DNA from: Thermodesulfobacteriota bacterium
Lineage (GTDB): Bacteria; Desulfobacterota; Desulfobacteria; Desulfobacterales; SURF-7
DNA length: 64,000 bases
NCBI GenBank assembly: GCA_049320885.1
Contig: JBMORA010000063.1
Span: forward strand, 137,737-201,736
Direction: 5' to 3'
This document shows, in pieces, positions 27,965 to 36,778 of this stretch (within the stretch, counting starts at the first letter, position 1; each line of letters begins with the position of its first letter). Position numbers and translations under genes: made by a program. The notes under the pieces were generated by a model, which was not told where the DNA came from, searched no databases, and saw only the letters and a list, made by a program, of their open reading frames with translations.

Positions 27965-30670
27965 ATGAACTGGCATTTAATGGAAACCGCCGCCGCATTG
28001 GCTGAACTTCAGTCCAGTGACCAAAACGGCTTGGACGCAACGGAAGCCCGGGACCGGCAAGGCCGATCCGGTTATAATGAGCTGATCGAAAAAGGCGCCC
28101 GTTCGCCGTGGCGCATTTTCTGGGAACAGATCACCGCCACCATGGTCCTGATCCTGCTGGCCGCAGCCGTTGCCGCAGGCTTCCTGGGAGACACCAAAAA
28201 CGCCGTGGCCATCACCGCCATTGTCGTCCTCTTCACCATTCTGGGTTTTTTTCAGGAATACCGCGCCGAGAAAGCCATCGCTTCCCTCAAGCGCATGTCC
28301 ACACCGAATGTGCGGGTCATCCGGGACGGCATCCTCATGGAAATTCCCGCAAGAGAGCTTGTGCCGGGCGACATCATCGCCCTGGAAGCCGGCAACGTGG
28401 TTCCAGCGGATGTCCGCTTGACCGAAGCGGTGAACCTGCGCATCCAGGAAGCGGCGCTGACGGGCGAATCCGAACCCATTGAGAAGCAGACCGCAGCCCT
28501 TGCCGGCGATGATCTGCCGTTGGGGGATCGCCGCAACATGGCCTACATGGGAACGATTGTCACCCAAGGCCGCGGACGTGCGCTGGTGGTGGCCACGGGC
28601 ATGCAGACGGAACTCGGGAAAATCGCCAACCTGATTCAGCGCTCCGCCACCGAGCAGACGCCGCTGCAGCGCCGCCTCGATCAATTGGGAAACCAGCTGG
28701 CCGTCATCGGCGGCGTCATCGCCCTGCTCATTTTTGGGCTAGGGATTTGGCGCGGCGACGACGTCCGTCACATGCTGCTGACGGCCATTTCGGTGGCGGT
28801 CGCCATCATTCCGGAAGGCCTGCCGGCCGTCGTCACCATCACCCTGGCCCTCGGCGCTCAGCGCATGTTGCGCCACCATGCCTTGATTCGCAAGCTGCCG
28901 GCCGTGGAAACCCTCGGTTCGGTTACCGTCATCTGTTCCGACAAAACCGGCACGCTGACGGAGAACAGAATGACCGTCGTGGTGCTGGATGTCGCCGGGC
29001 ACGAGATCGATTTGACCGAGGACATGAAAAAAGACTCGGTTCGGCTCATGCAGAACACCGGGATTCCTTCGCCATCGCCGCTTTCCCTGCTGGCCGTCGG
29101 CGGCGTGCTGTGCAACGACGCCCGGCTGGTGATGGACGGGGACGACAAATATCACACCATCGGCGATCCCACGGAAGGCGCCCTGATCGCTGCGGCCGCC
29201 CGGCTGGGATACTGGAAATCCTCCCTGGATGCCGATTTTCCCCGCGTGGCGGAATTGCCCTTCGACTCGGATCGCAAACGCATGACCACGGTTCATCGTC
29301 TGCAGGCCGAACGTCTTCACGCCCTCACCGGCTGGAATCCGGATCATGGGGAAGGCATCGCCTTCGTCAAGGGCAGCGTGGACGGCCTGCTGGGAATTTC
29401 CAGCCGCATCGAGGCGCAGGGTACGCCGCAGCCCATGGACGATGGCTGGCGGACGCACATTCAAACCGCCAACGAGCGTCTCGCCCGCAAAGGCATGCGG
29501 GTTCTCGGCCTTGCCTATCGCCTGGTGGATCCCGTCGCGGATGTCCGGCAGGACGACCTGGAGCGCGATCTCGTTTTCGTGGGCCTCTTCGGCATGATCG
29601 ATCCGCCGCGGCCGGAAGTGCGCGAAGCCGTGCGCGTCACCCGGACAGCCGGGATCCGGACGGTCATGATCACCGGCGACCACCCGCTGACCGCCCTGGA
29701 GATCGCCCGGCAACTGGGGATTTCCGAAAACGGCCGCGCACTGACGGGCAAGGACATCGACAGTCTACCGTTTGACAACCTGAAAAGCGTGCTGGAGGAT
29801 GTCTGCGTCTTCGCGCGTGTCTCGCCGGAGCATAAACTGACGATTGTCCAGGCGCTGCAGGAAAAAGGTCACATCGTATCCATGACCGGTGACGGCGTCA
29901 ACGACGCACCGGCCCTGCGGAAAGCCGACATCGGGGTGGCCATGGGGATAACCGGCACGGATGTGTCCAAGGAAGCCGCCGACATGGTCCTCATGGACGA
30001 CAATTTCGCGACCATCGTCGCCGCCGTGAAGGAGGGACGCACCATTTATGACAATATCCGCAAGTTCGTCCGCTTTTCAGTGGCCGGAAACATCGGCAAG
30101 GTGTTGGTCATGCTGCTGGCGCCGTTTCTAGGCAAGCCCGTTCCGCTGCTTCCGCTGCAGCTCTTATGGCTGAACCTTATGACCGACGGACTGCTGGGTC
30201 TGGGTCTGGGGGTGGAGCCGGCGGAAAAAGACACCATGAACAGACCGCCGTACTCGCCGCAGGAGGGGGTTTTCAATCGCGGCGCCGGCATGCAGACTGC
30301 ACTGAACGGCCTGATGATCGGCGGCATGGCGCTGGCGGTGGGCGCCTGGTATTATTTCCGCGGACACGCCAATTGGCAGACCATGGTTTTCACCTCGCTG
30401 ACGTTTGTCCAGATCGCGCAGGCCCTCGCTTCCCGTTCCAGCGGTGAGTCCCTGTTCCGGATCGGTATCCGCTCCAATCCATTGATGCTGGGGATGATCC
30501 TGGCCGTGGTCGTCCTGCAGCTGCTGGTGATCTATGTGCCGCCGTTGCAGACGATTTTCAACACCGTGCCCCTGGCCCCCATGGATCTGGGAATCACCGC
30601 GGGCATCGGCGTGCTATTTCTGGTCATGACCGAGGTCCAGAAGGTCCGCCGCAAATCGTCGAAGCCGTGA
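27965..30670 (+). CDS. cation-translocating P-type ATPase (type II, Ca2+/SERCA-like)
   Basis: P-type motifs are present: LTGESEP, ICSDKTGTLT, MITGDH, TGDGVNDAPAL, IPEGLPAVVT and NLMTDGL. The ATG at 27965 (MNWHLMETAAALAEL) fits the usual N-terminus. The track start is a TTG at 27926. Confidence 0.88.
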   Translation: MNWHLMETAAALAELQSSDQNGLDATEARDRQGRSGYNELIEKGARSPWRIFWEQITATMVLILLAAAVAAGFLGDTKNAVAITAIVVLFTILGFFQEYRAEKAIASLKRMSTPNVRVIRDGILMEIPARELVPGDIIALEAGNVVPADVRLTEAVNLRIQEAALTGESEPIEKQTAALAGDDLPLGDRRNMAYMGTIVTQGRGRALVVATGMQTELGKIANLIQRSATEQTPLQRRLDQLGNQLAVIGGVIALLIFGLGIWRGDDVRHMLLTAISVAVAIIPEGLPAVVTITLALGAQRMLRHHALIRKLPAVETLGSVTVICSDKTGTLTENRMTVVVLDVAGHEIDLTEDMKKDSVRLMQNTGIPSPSPLSLLAVGGVLCNDARLVMDGDDKYHTIGDPTEGALIAAAARLGYWKSSLDADFPRVAELPFDSDRKRMTTVHRLQAERLHALTGWNPDHGEGIAFVKGSVDGLLGISSRIEAQGTPQPMDDGWRTHIQTANERLARKGMRVLGLAYRLVDPVADVRQDDLERDLVFVGLFGMIDPPRPEVREAVRVTRTAGIRTVMITGDHPLTALEIARQLGISENGRALTGKDIDSLPFDNLKSVLEDVCVFARVSPEHKLTIVQALQEKGHIVSMTGDGVNDAPALRKADIGVAMGITGTDVSKEAADMVLMDDNFATIVAAVKEGRTIYDNIRKFVRFSVAGNIGKVLVMLLAPFLGKPVPLLPLQLLWLNLMTDGLLGLGLGVEPAEKDTMNRPPYSPQEGVFNRGAGMQTALNGLMIGGMALAVGAWYYFRGHANWQTMVFTSLTFVQIAQALASRSSGESLFRIGIRSNPLMLGMILAVVVLQLLVIYVPPLQTIFNTVPLAPMDLGITAGIGVLFLVMTEVQKVRRKSSKP

Positions 30671-30801
30671 TAAATCCGGCTTGAGAATACAATATTGGGC
30701 CAATAGGTGGTTATCATTCCACTCTCTTTCAAGCACGGATAGCATCCCGGCCGACAGTAAAAAAAACCTATCCATATCAGTTTGTTGACGTATTTTATTT
30801 C

Positions 30802-30830
30802 TTGACATGCCCGGTTGGTTCGCCTAAGCT
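30802..30830 (+). promoter_or_regulatory. sigma70-like promoter inside leader copy 2
   Basis: TTGACA (30802-30807), a 17-nt spacer, then TAAGCT (30825-30830). Confidence 0.4.
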
Positions 30831-30878
30831 CGCTCCGTAACCCAAAGGGCCACCACGAAGAATTTGAAATCCAGGATA

Positions 30879-30930
30879 CCGGAAACGGAAGCCGGAAGGC
30901 ATTCCGAATTCCGGCTTCGGAATGCCTTCC
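30879..30930 (+). promoter_or_regulatory. perfect 15-bp stem-loop with competing upstream pairing (candidate expression platform)
   Basis: GGAAGGCATTCCGAA (30894-30908), loop TTCCGGC, then TTCGGAATGCCTTCC (30916-30930). The loop TTCCGGC is also the exact complement of GCCGGAA at 30891-30897. No U-tract follows. In copy 1 the stem is degenerate. Confidence 0.5.
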
Positions 30931-30968
30931 ACTGGAAGCAGTGACCCAAAAACCCAAGGTATCGCCGT

Positions 30969-32582
30969 TTGACTCCGGAAAGCGCCAAAGAAAAAACCTA
31001 CACCCGCCAAGCCGCAGTGCTCACCCTCACGTCCATGGCCTCCACCGGCATCCTTCTGCTGTTTTACGCCGTAGGCCCCCAATCCGGCATGGAAGCGCTT
31101 GTGCTGATCGTCCCTTGGTTCCTATCCCTGATCGTTCATCTGGTGCTGACGGTACCGGCCCTGATCTTCGCCTGGAAAAGCCGGGCACACCTGAGACTAT
31201 CCTGGATCTATACCTATTTCCTCCTTTTCTGGGGTCTGACAGGCTGGTATCTTGTGCTTGCGAACAACATCGACATCCTCATCGCCAGGCAGTTCGATAC
31301 CTGGCAGCATCCCGGGGAAGCGGATTTGTTCAACGACCTGGAACAGCTGCGAATGGCGGCGCTCCAGCGGCATCCCCTGGATCCGGCCGTGCTGGACCGG
31401 ACAAAAAAACTTATCCGGAACGGGGCCGATGTCAACCACCGGCAGCCGGGCAGCCGTCGCTCCCTGCTGGCGGAGGCAGCGGCCATCGGTGATTCGGACC
31501 TGGTGGCGGCAATGATTGCCGCGGGAGCCGAAATCCAGGGGAATGAAGCCGAGGGGGCTGACCCGCTCATGGAGGCGGTTCGTAATCGGCATGCAACGGT
31601 AACCCGGATGTTGCTAAAATACGGTGCAAACCCCGAACATGCCCGTTATGCCGCGGAAACGCCCCTGATAACCGCCGTCCGGAATCAAGACCCGGAAACC
31701 GTTGGCTACCTCCTGGAAGGCGGCGCCCTGCCGGACCACCACCCGGAGAGCGGTCTTCCGGCCTTGCAGATCGCGGCCGTCAACGGGGATGCCGTCACCG
31801 TCCGCTTGCTGGTGGATGCCGGCGCCGACCCGCACCGGAGCCTTTTCGGGAGTTCCACGGCCATGATCCGGGCCGTGGAAGCGGACTGCAGCGCCTGTGT
31901 CCGCATCCTTCTGGATGCCGGGGCCGGATTCTCGGGTAAAACCGGTGACGGCGACGGCCCCCTGGCCCTGGCTTTCAAACGCCACCGGCCGGATATGACA
32001 GCGGTCATTCTGAATGCCGGGCAGGACCGGCTTCATGCCCCGACCCGCTTCGGAACCGATGCGTACAACGACATGTTCGCCGCCATCCGCAAGACGGACC
32101 GGGAGGCCCTGGAATTCTATCTGCAGGCCGGAGTTCCCCCGGATCTCCTGGATGCCAACCGCCAGACACTGCTCCTGGATCTGGCCGGACGACAATACCA
32201 GCGGCCGGAGATATCCCCGGAATCGGAGGTGGCGGCCGCGGAAATCCTGTTCCGCCATAAGGCCGACCTGAACATCCGGGACCCCCGGGGAAAAACCGCG
32301 CTCATCAAGTCCCTGGAATCCGGCGCCCTGGAACTGGCCCGATGGCTGATTGAAAACGGCGCGGATGTGAATGCAGCCGCGGAGGAAGGGGTGACGGCCC
32401 TGCATACGGCTGTCTGGCACGGACATGAGCGCCTGGCTCTGACGCTCATGGACGCCGGTGCGGATGTCAATGCCCGGACCCGCATGGGGATGAACAGCGA
32501 AACGCCGCTGGAAGCCGCCATGAAAAAAGGAACCCCCGGTCTGGTCGCCCGTATGCGCAAAGTCGGGTCTGCTGGCATTTAA
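30969..32582 (+). CDS. membrane-anchored ankyrin-repeat protein
   Basis: About 4 N-terminal hydrophobic helices are followed by at least 10 ANK-like repeats. Recurrent motifs include GADVNHRQ, GANPEH, GALPDH, GADPHR and GVTALHTAVWHGHERLALTLMDAGADVNA. The start is uncertain: TTG at 30969 in the track, or ATG at 31035. Confidence 0.75.
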   Translation: MTPESAKEKTYTRQAAVLTLTSMASTGILLLFYAVGPQSGMEALVLIVPWFLSLIVHLVLTVPALIFAWKSRAHLRLSWIYTYFLLFWGLTGWYLVLANNIDILIARQFDTWQHPGEADLFNDLEQLRMAALQRHPLDPAVLDRTKKLIRNGADVNHRQPGSRRSLLAEAAAIGDSDLVAAMIAAGAEIQGNEAEGADPLMEAVRNRHATVTRMLLKYGANPEHARYAAETPLITAVRNQDPETVGYLLEGGALPDHHPESGLPALQIAAVNGDAVTVRLLVDAGADPHRSLFGSSTAMIRAVEADCSACVRILLDAGAGFSGKTGDGDGPLALAFKRHRPDMTAVILNAGQDRLHAPTRFGTDAYNDMFAAIRKTDREALEFYLQAGVPPDLLDANRQTLLLDLAGRQYQRPEISPESEVAAAEILFRHKADLNIRDPRGKTALIKSLESGALELARWLIENGADVNAAAEEGVTALHTAVWHGHERLALTLMDAGADVNARTRMGMNSETPLEAAMKKGTPGLVARMRKVGSAGI

Positions 32583-32595
32583 AAAGGAAGCAGTT

Positions 32596-34077
32596 GTGAG
32601 GATCAAGAAACCATTGAGATCCGCGAATCCCGGAAATGATCTTTTCAGAGCAGCCGAAAGATATATGCGGCATCCTCAACATGCAACCACGGGCCCGTCA
32701 TCAGCAGGCAGTTGGCTGCAGCATCTTCGGAAAAATCCGACCCGCTTGCTCGTAGGCTGTTTTGCCGCGGCCATTCTGGCGGGCGGAGTACTACTCAGCC
32801 TGCCTTGTTCAGCGTCCGGAAAACGAATCAGCTTACTGGACGCGGTCTTCACGGCCACAAGCGCAGTATGCGTAACCGGCCTCACGGTTTGCGATACAGG
32901 GAAAGAGTATTCGACCTTCGGACATGCCGTGATCTTGCTGCTGATCCAGTTGGGCGGGTTGGGGATCACCACGCTGTCGACAGCCCTGTTCATGCTCTTC
33001 GGCCAGCAGGCCTCCCTGTCTACGAACGATGCCGTGGAGGGCAGCTTTCTCGCGCGTCCCAAGGGCAGACTGAAACCCTTGTTGATCCAGGTATTCCTTT
33101 GGACCATCACAATCGAGACCATCGGCGCGGCGGCGCTGCTGCCGGCGGAACTCGGCCGCCTGCCGGTGTTGCAGGCCGTCTGGAACGCGATGTTTCATGC
33201 CGTAAGCGCCTTCTGCAACGCCGGTTTCTCGCTCCGGTCTGACAATCTGATGAGCGCGCGTTCCAGTGCCGCCACTATCCTACCCATCGCCGGTTTGATC
33301 ATCCTCGGGGGATTGGGATTCGGCGTATTGACGGAGATAACCGGAAATCTTTGGAACCGGGTCCGCGGACGGCAAGCGATACGGCTCTCCCTGCAAGCCA
33401 AAACAGTCCTGACGACCACCGGTCTTCTGTTGCTGGCCGGAACCCTCGGTTTCTGGATTCTGGAAAATGGCAATCTGCTTCACGGCAACAATCTGTCGAG
33501 TCGGTTTCTGACCAGTTTTTTTGCTTCGGTCACACCGCGAACCGCGGGCTTCAACTCCATCGATTACGGTCAAGCCACAACCGCCACAATTTTCTTTACC
33601 ATGCTGCTGATGGCCATTGGTGGCGCTCCGGGGTCAACGGCCGGAGGAATCAAGGTCACCACCCTGGCCGTGCTGTTCGCTTTAGCCCGCGGGCGGTTGC
33701 ACGGCAGGCGCTTTGTGAATCTTTTCGGCCGCGGCATTCCTGAAATGGCTGTGGACAAAGCGTTTGCCGTCGTCGCCTTGTTGACAATCCTGGTGGCCGG
33801 AGGGACGCTGCTGTTAGCCGCCGTCGGATTCAGCCATATGCCCCACGTCCAGACACCTGGACAACCGGTGGGTCTGCTGTTTGAAGTGATCTCGGCCCTA
33901 TGCACCGTGGGTCTGAGTACGGGGATCACGCCGACCCTGGCGGCAGGGGGTAAAATCATCGTCATTCTGCTGATGTTTGTCGGGCGCCTCGGACCGCTGA
34001 CCATCGCGGTGGCCATCGCCAGACAGTCGCCGGCAGCCAGTGTGCGTTTGGCCGAGGAGCCGATCATGATCGGTTGA
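32596..34077 (+). CDS. trkH: TrkH/KtrB-family potassium transporter membrane subunit
   Basis: It is a multi-TM protein with repeated selectivity-filter-like segments (TGLTVCDT, NAGFSL, RTAGFNSID, TVGLSTG). The GTG at 32596 follows AAGGAAG. Confidence 0.85.
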   Translation: MRIKKPLRSANPGNDLFRAAERYMRHPQHATTGPSSAGSWLQHLRKNPTRLLVGCFAAAILAGGVLLSLPCSASGKRISLLDAVFTATSAVCVTGLTVCDTGKEYSTFGHAVILLLIQLGGLGITTLSTALFMLFGQQASLSTNDAVEGSFLARPKGRLKPLLIQVFLWTITIETIGAAALLPAELGRLPVLQAVWNAMFHAVSAFCNAGFSLRSDNLMSARSSAATILPIAGLIILGGLGFGVLTEITGNLWNRVRGRQAIRLSLQAKTVLTTTGLLLLAGTLGFWILENGNLLHGNNLSSRFLTSFFASVTPRTAGFNSIDYGQATTATIFFTMLLMAIGGAPGSTAGGIKVTTLAVLFALARGRLHGRRFVNLFGRGIPEMAVDKAFAVVALLTILVAGGTLLLAAVGFSHMPHVQTPGQPVGLLFEVISALCTVGLSTGITPTLAAGGKIIVILLMFVGRLGPLTIAVAIARQSPAASVRLAEEPIMIG

Positions 34078-34121
34078 TGAATTCCGGCAACCCGATTTTC
34101 ATAACATGGAGGAAAACTCGA

Positions 34122-34790
34122 ATGAAAGGAAAAACCCGTGTCGCCGTGCTTGGCCTGGGAGATTTCGGCTATCACTTCGCCTGCGAACTCTACAAGTTAG
34201 GCCACGAAGTGCTGGCCGTGGACAGCAATGAGGACAAGGTGCAGCAAATTCTGGTCAACGCCACCAAAGCGGCTGTGGCCGACGTCGGTGACCGCTCGGC
34301 GCTGGAAGAGCTGGGCATCGCCGGCTTCGATATCGTGGCCGTTTGCCTCCCCGAGAAGCTGGAAACAACCGTGTTGTTGGTGCATTACCTCCACCAAGTG
34401 TATAACGCGCCCCAGATTCTGGTCAAGGTGGCCAACCAGGAACAGGCCGCGATTGTCAAACTGGTGGGAGCCGACGAGGTCATTCTGCCGGATCAGAGCG
34501 CGGCCCGGAAAGCAGCCATGATGATTCATCATCCCCGGGCCGTGGACTATCTGGAACTGGGCGGGGGGTACATGGTCGTCGCCGGCCACCCCCCTTCCAG
34601 CGCAATCGGGAAGGCGGCAAAAACCTGGTCCTCGCTGGAACACCTCGGCGTCAGCCTGCTGGGGGTTTGGCAATCCAACCCAGATGGCCCACCCCGGCCG
34701 CCGGCGCCCGACCAAGTCATCGCCGAAACCGATATTCTGCTCATAGCCGGGCATCTCGACCGCCTTCGCGAACTGAGGAGGTTGAAATAA
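34122..34790 (+). CDS. trkA: TrkA/KtrA-type RCK (NAD-binding) regulatory subunit
   Basis: It has a Rossmann motif (VAVLGLGDFGYHFA) and a C-terminal RCK_C-like part. The ATG at 34122 follows GGAGGA. Confidence 0.8.
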   Translation: MKGKTRVAVLGLGDFGYHFACELYKLGHEVLAVDSNEDKVQQILVNATKAAVADVGDRSALEELGIAGFDIVAVCLPEKLETTVLLVHYLHQVYNAPQILVKVANQEQAAIVKLVGADEVILPDQSAARKAAMMIHHPRAVDYLELGGGYMVVAGHPPSSAIGKAAKTWSSLEHLGVSLLGVWQSNPDGPPRPPAPDQVIAETDILLIAGHLDRLRELRRLK

Positions 34791-34836
34791 GAGTTCCCGC
34801 AACATAGTACTTGCTTCAACGAGCGATTGCGGGAAA

Positions 34837-35628
34837 TCATCGGAACTTTGAAAAATCCGGCCTGCGCTTCTCCATGAAGGCGTTTCTGCCTTCCAAAGAT
34901 TCTTCCGTATTGTAAAACATGCTCAGTCCACCGACGCCAAGATTGGTAATACCCACCACTCCGTCAGTTTCGGCATGAAAGGCATATTTCAACATCTTCA
35001 GGGCCGTGGGGCTCTTTTCCAGAAGCTCGGCGCACCACCTGCCCACTTCCTCGTCCAGCTTTTCATGGGGCACCACCGCGTTCACCAGCCCCATGGCAAG
35101 GGCCTCGGCCGCCGTATAACGCCGGCATAGAAACCAGATCTCCTTGGCCTTTTTCAGGCCCACGGCCCGCACCAGGTCACCGGTGCCGAACCCCGGATCA
35201 AAACTGCCCACTCTTGGTCCGGCCTGGCCGAACTGGGCCTTTTCCGAAGCGATGGAAAAATCGCAGACCACATGGAACACATGCCCGCCGCCGATGGCGA
35301 ACCCGTTCACCCGGGCGATGACCGGCTTGGGAATGGAGCGGATCAAGCCGGTTACCTGCTGCCAGCCGACTTCCAGCGGCAGGGAAGCCACCGTGCCGGA
35401 ATACCCGCCGGCCTCCCGGATGGACTGATCCCCGCCCGTGCAGAACGCCTTGTCACCGGCGCCGGTGAGCACCACCACTCCCACGGCCTTGTCCACCCAG
35501 GCATCCGTAAAGGCCCGGTTGAGTTCGTAGATGGTGGTCGTGGTGCAGGCGTTGTACTTCTCCGGCCGGTTGATGGTGATCCGGGCCACGCCTTCTTTTT
35601 TCTCAAACAGGATTTCCCTATAGTCCAT
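34837..35628 (-). CDS. menB: 1,4-dihydroxy-2-naphthoyl-CoA synthase
   Basis: From memory it has strong MenB-specific similarity: AFCTGGDQSIRE, GQAGPRVGSFDPGFG, KKAKEIWFLCRRYTA and a C-terminal EGRNAFMEKRRPDFSKF. The ATG at 35628 follows GGAGGGAG. Confidence 0.85.
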   Translation of the reverse strand: MDYREILFEKKEGVARITINRPEKYNACTTTTIYELNRAFTDAWVDKAVGVVVLTGAGDKAFCTGGDQSIREAGGYSGTVASLPLEVGWQQVTGLIRSIPKPVIARVNGFAIGGGHVFHVVCDFSIASEKAQFGQAGPRVGSFDPGFGTGDLVRAVGLKKAKEIWFLCRRYTAAEALAMGLVNAVVPHEKLDEEVGRWCAELLEKSPTALKMLKYAFHAETDGVVGITNLGVGGLSMFYNTEESLEGRNAFMEKRRPDFSKFR

Positions 35629-35658
35629 TATAACTCCCTCCGCTTCCATCAAAACCCA

Positions 35659-36690
35659 TCAGCCGTTTTTCGAACGATAACCCGTTCTCTTTTCGTACTT
35701 GATGAGTTCCTTGAGATAGGCCCGGCGGGTGTCCGGGTCCGCGCCGGAAAGCTCCAGGCCGGTGGGGATGCTCTTTTTGCGGCCGGAACGGTCGTAATTC
35801 AGAACCGTAAAAAGGCCCTTGTTGGTCATATGGGATTTTCCCGCATCGAAGAAGTCCTCACCCTTGACGGTGATTTCCACCACCAGGGTGGTGTTGGCCA
35901 CGAAAATAACCCGGGCGCGCATCTCCACGATATCATCCAGCAGCAGGGGCTTCAGGAACAGCACGTCCTCCATGGCGATGGTGACCATGCGGAAATTTCC
36001 CGTGAACTGCCGGGCCGCCGCCAGAGCCAGCTCCTCCATCATTTCCACCGTGTCGCCGCCGAAAACATTGCCCAGGGCGTTGGCGTTCCGCGGCAGGAAT
36101 TTCTTGCGGATGACCAGTTCCGTTTCTAGCGGCGAAACCCGGGTGTTTCTCTCAAAGACATCCGCCGGCCGTTCCAGTGCCTGGGTATCCATGCCGTCGA
36201 CGGCGGCGATCATCCTGCGACGATTCTCCAGCAGTCGCTGCCGGGATTCGGCCAGGGCCTTGCGCTCGAGATCCGCGGGGGTGACGTATTCCAGGCCAGG
36301 GATATTCCGGTTGGGCCGGCGTTGCTGATCCACAGCCACCATGGTGATCACGCCGCCGTGACCGGACCGGCCGTTCATTTCATCCGGCGCCTTGGAATAA
36401 CCGTCCACCTTGACCACCATGGACGATCTGCCCACCTGGATGACATAGGCGTCATAGCGCACATAATCCATGTGATAAATGAAATCCAGCAGCTCGATGC
36501 GGTCGAAGGCCAGGGTCACGATGGTGCTTTCCGCATGCCTGGCCGCGGCGCTGGCGGCCGCCATGTCCATCATGTGCAGCAGTCTGCCGGCCGACATACG
36601 CTGGCCCATCAGGCTTTCCTCGCCGACGATCTCGGCGATGAAGCATTCCGACTCCGCCGGTGTCTTGATTCTTCTTTCCATACACAGCAC
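35659..36690 (-). CDS. acyl-CoA thioesterase with two hotdog domains
   Basis: It has two tandem hotdog-fold (BFIT/BACH-like) halves. The first contains GRLLHMMDMAAASAAARHAE and the second GGDTVEMMEELALAAARQ. It lies immediately upstream of menB on the same strand. Confidence 0.7.
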   Translation of the reverse strand: MLCMERRIKTPAESECFIAEIVGEESLMGQRMSAGRLLHMMDMAAASAAARHAESTIVTLAFDRIELLDFIYHMDYVRYDAYVIQVGRSSMVVKVDGYSKAPDEMNGRSGHGGVITMVAVDQQRRPNRNIPGLEYVTPADLERKALAESRQRLLENRRRMIAAVDGMDTQALERPADVFERNTRVSPLETELVIRKKFLPRNANALGNVFGGDTVEMMEELALAAARQFTGNFRMVTIAMEDVLFLKPLLLDDIVEMRARVIFVANTTLVVEITVKGEDFFDAGKSHMTNKGLFTVLNYDRSGRKKSIPTGLELSGADPDTRRAYLKELIKYEKRTGYRSKNG

Positions 36691-36778
36691 TCATTTCCGT
36701 TTGCCGGTCAGCCTGTTGATCCGATATAATGATCCCCATCCACCATTCGTAATTCGTAATTCGTAATTCCTAATTGTT

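Larger units (their letters stand above)
30717..30937 (+). repeat. duplicated leader element, copy 2 (upstream of ankyrin-trkHA operon)
   Basis: It is a direct repeat of 27589-27800 and begins 47 nt after the ATPase stop. Confidence 0.9.

Noticed and set aside
28739-29775. Overlapping ORFs of 324 aa (minus) and 342 aa (plus, alternative frame) inside the ATPase gene
   Set aside because: The ATPase frame carries DKTGT, TGDGVNDAPAL and other motifs. The other frames are compositional artefacts.
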